Of a DNA stretch of 64,000 nucleotides, positions 11,901 to 22,597 are shown one piece after another (the stretch's first letter is position 1; every line of letters starts with the position of its first letter). The stretch covers positions 1 to 64,000 of the forward strand of contig AP026136.1 of the NCBI GenBank assembly GCA_030295235.1, in the 5' to 3' direction. The translations under genes were made by a program, and so were the position numbers. The notes under the pieces were generated by a model. The model saw only the letters and a program-made list of their open reading frames with translations, searched no databases and had not been told where the DNA came from. This DNA is from Fistulifera solaris. Its lineage: Eukaryota.

Positions 11901-13224
11901 AATGGGGACATCGATTCCAGGGGCAGCAAGCGGGAAGACGGGGACTAAGAAAGGTTGGGGTCCAGGTTCCAGCACTAACAGCGATAAAAAGCAACCGAAT
12001 ACATCGGGCTCGACCCCGCCGTTTGCTATTTGGAATCCGACGAGTGCATCCGTTGAATCGTCTCCGTCGCCTAGTCCACCATCTTCTTCGCCCTCGGATA
12101 GACTTTCGCGTCTCGACAGATTGTCGTCACCGTCTACCCCTAAAGTCGCTGACGGTGCTCAAGTCGATCCATCAGCAAACAAAGCTCCATGGGATAACTG
12201 GACACCGCCTTCTAAGCCAAATGGTCAATCGACTTCCGGATCGTCCACCTCATCAAGAAGTTCAAAGTCTGGATCTAGAAATTCTGTTTCTCAAATGCCG
12301 AAAAGTCAAAATGATTCGCACCGCGAGCGTAGCGCAACCTCTGACCAACAAACCGGTTGGAAAGGTCCAACTGATTTCGACCCGAATAGTCTCTCTGTGG
12401 CTACTTCGATTCCAGGAACTTCCCAAGCAAAGCCAGAGGTAAAATCCGGTTGGAAGCCGAGTCGAGGACGATTTGAATCTGATGACAACAAAAGCGGTTC
12501 CAATAAAAATGAGAACCAGCCTCCTTGGAACACATGGACACCGCCTCCGCAAGCGCCAGAAAAGACACAGCGCGACCAAAATCAACGAGCGCAACAGCAA
12601 AGCGGTTGGAGAGGCGACACAGACTTTGATCCATCGCAGCCATCCGTAGGAGCGTCAATTCCGGGAGCCGGTCAAGCGAAGCCGGAAGTTAAGTCCGGTT
12701 GGCAGCCAAGTCGCGAGAGATCATCATCCAGTAACAATAGCAACAATAATGATTTTGACAACAATCAGACACAGCCTCCATGGAATACATGGACACCACC
12801 AGCGCAAGTGCAACAAGATGCAAAGGGCGGCCAATATCAGAGGGCGCAACAGCAGAGTGATTGGACAGGCGACACCGTCTTTGACCCATCGCAACCATCC
12901 GTTGCTGCATCGATTCCGGGGGCTGGCCAAGCAAAGCCAGAGGTAAAATCCGGTTGGAAGCCGAGTCGAGGACTATCTGGATCTGATGACAACAGAAGCG
13001 GTTTCAGTAACAATGAAAACCAGCCTCCCTGGAATACATGGTCTCCTCCATCGACAAAGAATAGTACGGGCGACGCTGATAGATTCGAAAACGACCCGGA
13101 AATGTATGGTATAGAAATTCCTGATTTCGACCCTACTTTACCTTCGACCGGTAGTTCTATCCCAGGAGCAGGAGGAAGCAAACCTACTGTGAAGAAGGGT
13201 TGGTCTCCCGGCGGACGTAAATAA
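8971..13224 (+). CDS. Plastid-targeted 1417 aa protein: degenerate MnmA-like N-terminal domain, disordered linker, SufE-like domain, repeat-rich disordered tail
   Basis: Single long ORF with signal peptide plus VSG-F cleavage motif. 'VALLLHQRVD..ALGLL...GYQVTAFYI' and 'FDYVATW...D....DSFLLCMLNRDQL' resemble MnmA. 'VEDCSSRVSI...FQGETESLVLRGLIQIL...LGL' resembles SufE. The ORF is certain; the domain calls are by eye. Confidence 0.85.
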   Translation: MHLKRRFKLLSILLAIASVSGFTLSNRRQWRAPILFSASSNYDNAASSERPPQVALLLHQRVDPIAALGLLSSKGYQVTAFYIQQYENMLDQNELVDLERRCARYGAPMQVMEAPPVAGPPSEFVLSDARDKIKLFQQNGFDFDYVATWYQVSVQLGERGDGIQLMQPSDATNGDSFLLCMLNRDQLDTLVPKQNAASVSKQEKNIFGQIVDFFVPKEKNDYSSYERTSAESQASRQQASNKNEYEEQKDRQSKDAITESNPNNTPQSPAVRPLQTLPLQQQTASTVAAPRRPPPKTFSKDASSSPRTQSLDPLVGTSRADPSTRSSWRASQGPPSALGPDFTGSNTYPGADAARRARPLDPWRSERTSNQMLQSDNMQSRPSSNWGARNGQSATDGTIALQNIYGNSGNSAVSSWTTRSEDRGQGFYADKRVDDGGASITETTKPRDNIPPSRQYSTPKKRPEPLMPIDAPRSEAMSAWTGSTVSSRSASNYPERLLSGSSSWVTGARSNKDIRPDPLQPTDPRPNEAVSTWTGSTYSSSSRNTNQQNPLQPIDPPPSDATSVWTGSIPGRSNERNSNDDFSRMPVSTELRTRGKSDYVSDVRNPSQRSIKADAPTEQKKVDDFYQNRRPPEPDSQQAETLKQDDRWGRPESNNFYDSNNVDGQPNWNAPQPQEQLYQDRINGSGQDGTTKTWEPLEAEALYEAVQDAFAYFSQLAPEQVRSDLKQRGEWYELEQFPLEILVTPQASVEDCSSRVSIQTGFFQENGDWIMYGFQGETESLVLRGLIQILSDITQEVSIDAVLALPPNEIVKVLGLEPALRQKEKRDMIAIWNSLQQQIQETIFGYSRNKNDLEYQPSIMGTSIPGTGNDKSEARKGWGPESSTSNNKKQPNTSGSPPPFAIWDPTSSTAQSSPPPSSPSSSPSDRLSRLDRLSSTSTPKFADGAQVDASANKAPWDNWTPPPTQDKQSTPPNAPSTMGTSIPGAASGKTGTKKGWGPGSSTNSDKKQPNTSGSTPPFAIWNPTSASVESSPSPSPPSSSPSDRLSRLDRLSSPSTPKVADGAQVDPSANKAPWDNWTPPSKPNGQSTSGSSTSSRSSKSGSRNSVSQMPKSQNDSHRERSATSDQQTGWKGPTDFDPNSLSVATSIPGTSQAKPEVKSGWKPSRGRFESDDNKSGSNKNENQPPWNTWTPPPQAPEKTQRDQNQRAQQQSGWRGDTDFDPSQPSVGASIPGAGQAKPEVKSGWQPSRERSSSSNNSNNNDFDNNQTQPPWNTWTPPAQVQQDAKGGQYQRAQQQSDWTGDTVFDPSQPSVAASIPGAGQAKPEVKSGWKPSRGLSGSDDNRSGFSNNENQPPWNTWSPPSTKNSTGDADRFENDPEMYGIEIPDFDPTLPSTGSSIPGAGGSKPTVKKGWSPGGRK

Positions 13225-13278
13225 GTATTTCCGAACATTGCATTCTTTTGTCTTGATCTCTTCGTCTCTAGAAGTAAG

Positions 13279-15927
13279 TTACTTGTTCTGAGTAACATGC
13301 CGCATTTTCGGACCAAAATCTGGGTTTTTTAATCGAACGCTTCCAAAGATACGCTCCGGTAATGTCGATTCGTCATTACCCTCAAAAAGAAACCCCATGT
13401 CTACCACAAGCGTTTTCGCATACCCGAGAGCTAGTCGTACGACTCCCGTTGCAACGGGGTTACTCGCACAGTCTATGATGACCTCGAAAAACCGGCTACC
13501 TTGGACGTATAACTGACGTAGCTTCTTTCCTAACACTGCAGGAGTTGAACCAACCGCTTTGCGCACTAAAAAATTACCTTGCACTATTTGCGGTATCAAT
13601 TTGAAAGTTCGGTTGCGAAACTCGTCCGATGTGCCAAAAAAGAATTCGTTGCATAGTTTGGAAGAAGGCGTCCCATCTTCCCCGTTTATCAATCCCATGT
13701 CGTCGATTGCGTAGTAAAATACGCCGTGATAATAAGGGGGTCCAGGAATGACAATGTTCACCACAAAAACAAACGGTGGCATGTCACTCTTTAGACCTTT
13801 TGCTTTCAGTTCTGCTTCCGCGGAAAGCGCCATTTGCACACGTTCGCGTGGGTGGACACAAAACCCACTGTAAAGCGGTTGATCGACAGAAACTAGATCG
13901 ACAGCAACTAAGCGACCAATGCTGGGGCCGGCATTAATTTTCTGGCCGTCGTCTTTATAATGTTTTCCACGCACGCGAAAAGAATTGGAATCGGGCTCAG
14001 CCCAACTATTCCTGGTCAGTGGCATCGGCGTGCTTGCCAGTCCTGCAAATTTCGATGCTGATGCATATTCCTGAGTTGAAAAAGTGAAATCATAGTTCTG
14101 CAAATCATCGCGAGCTTCATCTCCTTCATCGTGATCATCCGACCTCGCTTGGGCAATACCATGTTGAGAAGAGGGATGAAAACTAAGCATCGCAACTGGC
14201 TCATCTCTGGCACAAGGGACAAATCGGTCCATGTCAATTGCATCACGGATATTTACAAGCTGCGACAGCATGGCAACCCCAAACGCTTCCGCATAACTTT
14301 GCCATGATAACATGGGAAGTGGTGTGGTTGGAACCCAACCGCGGGGGTCGACTTGAATAAAGGCTGTCACAAGGCATTCATTCGGTCTTGGAACACTGCG
14401 TCTGCTGGTAAAGGTCTTCTTGTGTGGTGCGATGGTAAAACTTTGTGCATTTCCGCTCTCACAAAGAAATCCTCAAGAGGACAATCAGAATGTTCGACGG
14501 ACTCGTAACAAATAACATAGCTTCCATCTTCCTCGAGCCGCCAGTATCGATACAGGCAAAAGTCACGCGGTGCCGTCCAAGATGGAAATAAGAATAGAGG
14601 CGATAGTACCATATGGATAATGTCTGTATTGTCGTCAACAGCTTCAACAATCCGAAAAGTCAGCAAATACGCCGACTTGTTTTCAAGTAGCTGCTTGTGA
14701 TCAAAAGAAGCGACACAGCCCAAAGACATGAGGCACAAAAATGCGTCGACAGCTGACGTATTTAGAACCTCATGGGATTTTATAGGTGCGCACGCTTTCC
14801 CATCTAACGAGATCGTACTCCGAAAGCAAGAACGAAATTTCTGTTGTTCAATCCCAATGCGCTCTTCACGATATATTCGTAGAGCGGAAACGCCCGAGAA
14901 TGCAGAGGACCAACCGCCGTGTAAAAGGCGCCACGCGTATTGTTCTTGCTGTGACCATGCCTGATCTCTCCTCGACGGTTGTTTGGCTGTTTGCAACAAA
15001 GCATTTCTAGCCTTTCGACCGTCCGTTGCAAACAATTGTCCCCATGTTGACTGCTGAACACAAAGAGACTCTTGCGATGCGATAATACACTTTCTCCAGG
15101 CGTTAGCCGTCTCATACTCCGAGCTAGCGATCACAATTTCTTTTTTTCTTTTCACCAGTCACGCTTTCTCCTAGTCCAACTGCGGCGCTCCCTCCACCAG
15201 CCGCAGCAGCTCCCACAAAGACTAATCCTGCCACTAAACCGATACCAGCTGTAGCGACAGCTATAGCTGCAGTTCCGCCCGCGGCAGCTGCGATTTTTGT
15301 CCCTTGCCAGATTCGCTTCCGGCTTCTCCGGATTCTCATCTTCTTATTAGTACGATAATCACGCAATAGTTCCTCCTCTTGCGCCTGTTGCTGAGAAATA
15401 TTTCCTGTGGGGCCCTCCACATGAATACTCCGTTGTGATTTCGACCTATTGTGACCATCTTGGACGAAAAGTTCGTTGTCAAGCTTCGCTGATCTTCTAC
15501 GACGGTTTTTAGGGGATTTGGGGGAAAGGTCGAAACTTCCTTCAAAGCTAGGAGTGAGCTCTAACTCGACAGAAGAATCATCTCCACCATCATCTTCGAC
15601 TTCAAATGATGTAATGCGTAAGCAGTAAATGAGATCCTTGTGCTTGCTTACATAAAGTTCGGAGACTTCGCAGTTCGATAGATCGATTATTCCTTTTAGT
15701 TTGCCATTTGTAGTCGAATAGTACCGAAGCGAATTGTCAGAATGCAGAACAAAACGACGAGGAATGTATGGCTCGAGCCAGTTTCTACTTTTCTTGAGCA
15801 TTTCCCCTGCGAAAGGAACATTTCGGTGTCAAAATAAGGACTCGTTCTTCGCAGCAACATCGCAAGCAAAGCAGTTCGACTTACCATCCAACACAATATC
15901 GTCTTCTAAATCAAGTGGCTCCGCCAT
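13279..15927 (-). CDS. PH + START + EDR2 C-terminal (DUF1336) domain protein, EDR2-like; intron ~15807-15884 and apparent frameshifts near 15150 and 14370-14420
   Basis: The spliced N-terminus MAEPLDLEDDIVLDG|EMLKKSRNWLEPYIPRRFVL is PH-like. START-like motifs: 'PRDFCLYRYWRLEEDGSYVICYESVEHSDCP' and 'QVDPRGW'. EDR2_C motifs: 'WAEPDSNSFRVRGKHY', 'FRNRTFKLIPQIVQG', 'LVVDMGFLFEG...LPERIFGSVRL'. Confidence 0.88.
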
Positions 15928-16229
15928 TTTATAAACTATGATTCTGAGTGAAGTCAAAAGCAAAAAAAAAAGTTATGAGGAAAGATATACAGAATGATAA
16001 GACAGCGAAATGACGCAGTCATTCGAGCGAGCGCAAGAACGACGGAACGACAATATTATTATAAAGTCGCTTTTTCGCGTTCTCCTTTTCAACTCGTGAC
16101 TGTTGACTCCTGTAGAAAAATACTTTTTCCACGTTGAACATTAAGAATAGTTCAACGCCTTTGCATTGACTCCAGAAGAAGCTAACATTCTATCGTACGG
16201 CTAATTTACTGCATTTACATCAAATGGCG

Positions 16230-19200
16230 TTAATTTCTTGGCGGCATCATGTCCCTCGGTCGCATGCGGTCGTCGTAAGGTCCATTATTAGGCCCCCTGC
16301 CTGGTCCAGGGGCGCGCCATGCGTTATCGTCTCTGTAACGAAATCTCTCATCCTCGGGACGCCGTGGCCCCTCACCGCGATAATCATAATACTCTGACGG
16401 AACAGGTGGTGGTATTCGACTTCCTCGTTGTTGCCATCTGTCATCGTTCATTCTTCCACCCTCGTAGGGTGAGTAAGGCGGCCCTCGCTACTGTACGGTC
16501 GAGTTGGAATTATTCTATCAACATACGGCTTTTGATCAGGTCGCCGAGGAGGACTTCTGTAACCTTCGGATCGCGACCTCGAAGCGTTTTCGTTGAAAGG
16601 TGATCGGCGTGTTTCGTACCCTGGTTCGTTCGGATCTTGCGCAGCCTGCCCTGCGCCGCCGAACGGCGGTCGACGAGTTTCGTACCGTGGTTCGTTCAAG
16701 TCTCGAGCCCCCTGAGGTGAACTGCGAAAAGGAGATTGTGGTCCATCCTCGGTCAAGGGAACTCTACTTGTTTCGTACCCCGGTTCATTCACGTTTCGGG
16801 TTTTCTGCTCTGCACCACGATAAGGGGATTTTGGTGTCGAACTTCCTCGTGGCTCGCTATTCAATCGGTCAGCTCCCCTTCCTGATGCTGCTCGAGTTGT
16901 CGACTTAGACGCCGTGTCCTTGTCTCCTTTACTTGGTGATTGCGATTCAATCGTTGCTCTTTCGTAGTTTCCTGTCACAATGTCGAGGTACGTTCTGGGT
17001 CGAGGAGGACGATTCTTCTTTTGAAAGTACGTCGAAAAATCCTTTTCACCATTGCTTTCGTCCGCCACGGGATCAATGCCAGATTTTGCTTGTCCAGATG
17101 GCGATGACCACCCAGCATCTCGATCAGCGAACGGACCAGAAGGAGCGCCACGAGTTTCCGAAGCTGACCCACCTCGCGCTCGTCTTTCGCTTCCTGTGTC
17201 TTTTAAAACCTCTGCATCAAATGGCGTGTTTGCTTGGGTATATTCCCTTGCTGAATACTCTTGTGGGCGTCCCCGATAGGGCTCCCGTTCTCTATAACCG
17301 CTTTGTGGTCTGTCTCTTTGATCCACTGATCTGTAGCCTGATCCTCTAACAGATTGACCTCGAGGCTTGCGGTTGACTTCTGTAGTAAAGTCGCCTAATT
17401 TCGTCGGGAAGGCGGAAGGCTCCCAGCTTGCACGGTCATTTTGAGGGCTCCACCGCGTGTTGTCTTGGAATGGTCCTACTGGCGACCCTCTAGATGGTGT
17501 CGAACCCGTCCATGAAGACATAGTGCCACTAGCTGGAGAGAAATTCTGTGGTTGTAGAGTGACTCGCTCAGTGCCTGCTGTTGATGGTGTTGAACCAGTC
17601 CAAGGTGTTGATAAAAAAGTGTTTTGAGGTCCGACTCCACCAGGGGAGAATGGGTTATTCACAGAAGAGACACCAGGTGTCTGTAAATTTTTAGGGGTAA
17701 AAGGCAATGGATCTATGCCATCGGAAGCTTTCCAAACACTGGACGTGCCGGGACTATTCGGATACAATGGATCGAGCCTTGCCCCACCAGCCGACGAGCC
17801 GGACGGCGTTCGCCACGGAGTACTCGGAACTGAGCGCGACGAGTCAGCAGGATTCTTTATTTTATATCGATCTGACTCAACAAAGTCCGGTCCGAGAAAT
17901 GAGCCTTTGCTTGTGTCATTTTTGGGAATACTATCATATACCTTCCTCGAATTTTGGACGAAGTTCCCCGCCGATCCGGAGCTGGACGCTTTAAACGATG
18001 ATGAGGTTACTTCTTGGGGCTGCAAATTATCCTTTTTGGCCGGAGAATCATTCCACCGCTGCTCCGGTGCTTTACCAGAAAGTGGATTCAAAGAAGTTTG
18101 CGGGGGTCGTGACGACCCGTTTTCCCAGGGCGGACGTTCCGAGCTAGTAAGCGGCTTGAAACCAATTGTCGTCGGATCAGATTTCCATGACGACTTGGGT
18201 GCAGTTTCAATCCCGAATGCCGGACCGAGTGGTGGTTCGGTATCGGAGGAACCGACTGACCTACCACTATTACCTGCAGCATTCCAACGACTGCTCTTGA
18301 CAAAAGAAGGAGTACTGGCGACAACGTCAGATTGTGCACCGTTAAAATTATTCGAAGATGATGACGACATTCGGTCAACACGTGAAAGCCTCTCTGAGGA
18401 GGAAGAAGTTCCATCGGATCGGGTGCGACTGCTAGTAAAAGTGGATTGGGCACTATCAGTATTCTGCGGGGGAGGAGTCCAGTTGTCCCACGGTGCCTTA
18501 TTTGCCGAAGCATCTACTTCTGCACCATCCGCAACCTTAGGGGTAGACGGCGACGACAATCGGTCGAGACGCGAAAGTCTATCCGAGGGCGAAGAGGATG
18601 GCGGACTAGGTGACGCAGAGGACTGCGCTGATGCACTTGTAGGATCCCAGATAGCAAACGGCGGAGCAGATCCCGCTGTACTCGATTCTTTATTTTCATT
18701 GCTGGAACTATTGCCCGAACCCGGCCCCCATCCTTTCTTCACCGCAGGCTTTGCACTACTGGCACCAGGAATGGAAGTTCCCATTGTCGATGGTGCATCA
18801 GAGGAAGAGGATTGCGTATTTTGTGGAGGAGGCGGGACCCAGTTATCCCAGGGCGCCTTATTTGCCGATGTATCCACTTCTGCACCGTCCGCAAATTTCG
18901 GCGTTGACGGCGAAGAAAGACGGTCGAGACGCGAAAGCCTATCCGAGGGCGAGGCCGACGGTGGACTAGGCGACGGAGACGACTGCGTGGATGCACTCGT
19001 AGGGTCCCAAATCGCAAACGGCGGAGCTGAACCTGATGCCTTCGCCTGTATATTGTCACTGGAAGTGCTCGATCCAGGACCCCATCCTTTCTTTGTGGCG
19101 GACTTTGAGCTTCCTGCTTCCGGAATCGAAGTACCCAAGGTAGAAGGACTATCAAACGATGTCGTCTGCGAGTTTTGCGGCGGAGGAGGTACCCAGTTAT

Positions 19201-20075
19201 CCCAGGGAGCCTTATTTGCCGATGCATCCACTTCGGCACCATCAGCAAATTTAGGGTTGGACGGTGATGATAATCGGTCAAGACGAGAAAGTCTATCAGA
19301 CGGTGAAGAAGAAGGCGGACTAGACGACGGAGATGATTGCGCTGATGCACTTGTAGGATCCCAGATAGCAAACGGCGGAGCTGATCCCGATGTACTCGAT
19401 TGGCTGCTACTTCCGCTACCTGGACTCCATCCTTTCTTCACAGCCGGTTTTGAGCTTCCTGCCCCAGGAATTGAGGTTCCCATAGTCGAAGGCTCATAGT
19501 CAGAGTCTTCATTGCTTCCATAAAGTGTCTCTTTAATTTGTTGCTGCAGGGCACTCCAAACAGCGCCCATGTCGTTGCTGTCACTCTGACTCAAAGTGGA
19601 TTGTAATCCTAACGCGTTTCCGATTTGATAAGGCGGCAACGACATCACTTCATCAATAGGGACATCTTGCGTAATATCAGATAGAATTTGAATCAAACCA
19701 CGAAGAACAGTGGCGTCAGTATCGCCCTGGAACCTAAAGATGATCCATTCTCCATTCTCCTGATAAAGCCCTGTTTGAATAGAAACGTGCGAGGAACAAC
19801 CCTTTACGGACGTTTGCGGAGTTACCAAGACTTCTGTAGGGGAACTGTGCGAGCTCATACCATTCGCCTCGTTGCTTTAAATCGCTGCGCACTTCTTCCG
19901 GTGACAGTTGAGAGAAATAGGCAAAAGCGTCCTTCACTGCATCTTGTAGTGCTTCGGCTTTCAAGGGCTGCCACGTTGCGGAAGGAATTACTGCAATATG
20001 ATTCTTGAGTATAAACGCACTCGAGAAACTGTGCGTTGCTGCTAAACACAGCACGCAAAGCGGCGACGTCCTCAT
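16230..20075 (-). CDS. Plastid-targeted ~1280 aa paralog of 8971-13224: SufE-like domain plus repeat-rich disordered tail (two apparent 1-bp frameshifts near 19840 and 16483)
   Basis: ORF 19734-20075 supplies the signal peptide, SSA-F motif and 'AEALQDAVKDAFAYFSQLSPEEVRSDLKQRGEWYELAQFP', nearly identical to the paralog. It continues in ORF 16448-19858 ('VKGCSSHVSI...FQGDTDATVLRGLIQIL'). A further shift gives ..PPYSPYEGGRMNDDRWQ.. to the stop at 16230. Confidence 0.82.
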
Positions 20076-20675
20076 GATCGGTCGTCAAATGTTTGAGGTA
20101 GAGTTGTAATGGGGAGACGAGCGCGTTTGCTGCCAAGTTGCACCTTCCACCCACGAACTCATTCTTTTTTCAACTGCTGCCAGCGAGCCGGCTCGCGCTG
20201 GCGATGGTGTCAGTCAGTCATCCAACCGATGGGTTCTATTGAAGTCATAGCAACGAAATCCAACAGTCCCTTTTCGTTCGCTACTTAAAGAAATGATGCC
20301 GTGAGTAGTCCAGTATAATACAGGATGTAACCTTACGTCTGTCCATCGCTCTACGAAAATTAGTCAAACAGAGGGGCATAAGTAGATGCGTTGTAGCTCG
20401 CGTCTCACTGGAGTACACTCACGCGTATAAAAGTGGGACATAATACATCATCCTGTATTTAAGCCCTTTCATATCTGTCAAACGCAATGTTATTGACTGC
20501 AAAGGCGCCCGTGAACCGTGAACATGAAAGATCTTTTCCTCATTCATTCACTTGATGATTCTCATTACCCGGCAGCAAGAGATCATTCTCAATGCAGAAT
20601 AAATAGAGTTCCGGTATATTCTCGAGAGCGAGGGAAAGAAGGTGAGCCACTTTTATGCTATAAATTAATGAAACA

Positions 20676-22501
20676 ATGAGCGGAACTTTCGAAGCAAGCA
20701 CTAAGAAAAGGACAAGTAAGCTCGGTGGAGGGTCGCAGAAGTACTGGAACTCTTCCACCACGGGGTCGTTCCAAATCAGTGAAAAAGATGCAACTGCGAT
20801 CCATCCTTCTAATTCGACGTTCGGTGAGAGCTTTCGAGATACCAAGTCCATTGATAATATACTTTTAGACCTGCATATTGAATCATCTGGTTTGAACAAA
20901 GCATATCAAGTCGAAGGCGACATGCCTTCTAATCATTTCGTCAACTTCTGCGACGAATTTGTAACCAGGCTTGTTCAAAAAAGGCCAGCCAGCGGTATAA
21001 TTGCGAGAATTGGATATAAGGAAGTAGGACCAGTAGCGGCTGTATCGCCGCGCTCTCAATACTGTTTCGAATGGGACGAGTCAGAATGTGTTTCCTCCCG
21101 TGACCTAGGAGCCAAAGCGAAAGACGCGAATCGTCACAGCCAAGTTAAAGGAAGAGTTTTCGACATTTCAACACCCTATTAGTCAGGCAAGCTCCCTTTC
21201 AGAAATAATGGAACCATCAGAATTCGATCCATTTACAGGAAATTTCACAAGAAACTCTTCTCGCCGGAAAAGCATTGCCCGAGCACGGCGATCGAGTACC
21301 GACGAGGATCGAAACAGTCCAGACTCGTCCGAAAACAGCAATAGTACTACAGGACGCCCCATTCGTTCGCCTACTCGAAAACCGTTTACAAGAACTAGAG
21401 CAACGAAATCGTATCAGGAGGAACACCAAAAGATGAAACGAATCGCCCCTCCCAAAACACATCAGAGAGCATCGATTTATATTCGAAGTCCTCACCCCGC
21501 GATCAAAGGGATTTTGACGTCGTCCGAGCGACAATCTTCTTCAAGGCTTGTTACAGCGATTGCGGCTCGTCGCACAAAAGACACCAATCTGGACCTGGCA
21601 GTCGATGCCGATTGTATAGGCTTCTTTAGTTCAAAAGTGCAGAATCCTTCCAAGTTAACCACTGCGATTCGACAGAAGATATCACCCGAAAGCCCCAACC
21701 ACCTTCTAAAGAACTGGGGTGGTTTACCAGGCACCAGTCAATGCCGTCGCAGAGCATCCGTTGTCAATGTATCCTGCCATAGTAGCTTGCAGCAGTCAGA
21801 GCATAATCGTTCACCACGCCACCGCTCGAGAGTAGAGTCCGAACGCTTGTCGCAATCAGAGTACTTCCTATCTCCGAGGCTCTGGTAAAAAATTAAAAAG
21901 TCTCTACCAAAAATGGAAGCACACGACCAGCAGCCACATGTCGCATCTAGTCTTGAGGGGCACACACTTTCAGCCACGTCCGAGAGAACTTTGCGAAGAA
22001 GTGCACCATTTGAGAAACCGATTCCTTTGTTTGCGAGTTCCGATGGCAGCAATCCCTTTTTGGATTCCACACTGATATTCGACGAAGTATCGTTTGAGGA
22101 CGCTTTTTTCGACAAAACCGATCTTCAAGCAAATGGTTTTTCCAGGGTCCCCGAGCCGCGGCAAATACCTAAGCCTGACCGTTTTGCACACCCGAAGAAT
22201 CACACAGGTTCCCCGAGCCGCGGCAAATACCCAAGCCTGACCGTTTTGCACACCCGAAGAATACACACAGGTTCCCCGAGCCGCGGCAAATACCCAAGCC
22301 TGACCGTTTTTCACACCCGAAGAATACACACAGGTTCCCCGAGCCGCGGCAAATACCAAGCCTGACCGTTTTGCACACCCGAAGAATACACACAATATCA
22401 CATCAACCCAATCGAACGTTTCCCCGTGCACTCCTGTGACCCGTCGACTGATGCGTCGAGCTCATGCACTTTCTGCGATGCAAATTGCCTTGCATGTTTA
22501 A
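20676..22501 (+). CDS. Hypothetical Ser/Arg-rich low-complexity protein, probably one gene broken by indels (ORFs 20676-21182, 21208-21888, 21913 onward)
   Basis: Three consecutive same-strand ORFs separated by <30 bp and joinable by 1-bp shifts. No recognisable domain. Confidence 0.5.
22149..22394 (+). repeat. Coding minisatellite, ~4 copies of a 63-bp unit (21 aa, PEPRQIPKPDRFAHPKNTHRF)
   Basis: CCCCGAGCCGCGGCAAATACC starts at ~22149, 22211, 22274 and 22337. Copies 1 and 4 each lack one base. Confidence 0.93.
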
Positions 22502-22597
22502 AGGATGCGATGTTTACTATAATGAGAAGTAAACGATTTTCGACTGTTTTTTTTTGTTCACGTAGCCCAGCGAATGGATTCTATATCACGAAATAAA

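Noticed and set aside
11456..12442. 328 aa alternative-frame ORF
   Set aside because: It is an off-frame reading of the repeat region of the 1417 aa gene.
8971..13224. Calling this gene a functional mnmA or sufE
   Set aside because: The MnmA catalytic motifs are missing and the SufE C-terminal motif is altered, so no gene symbol was assigned.
17715..19499. 594 aa plus-strand ORF
   Set aside because: It is the antisense shadow of the Ser/Pro-rich minus-strand gene. The conserved motifs and the SufE-like domain are on the minus strand.
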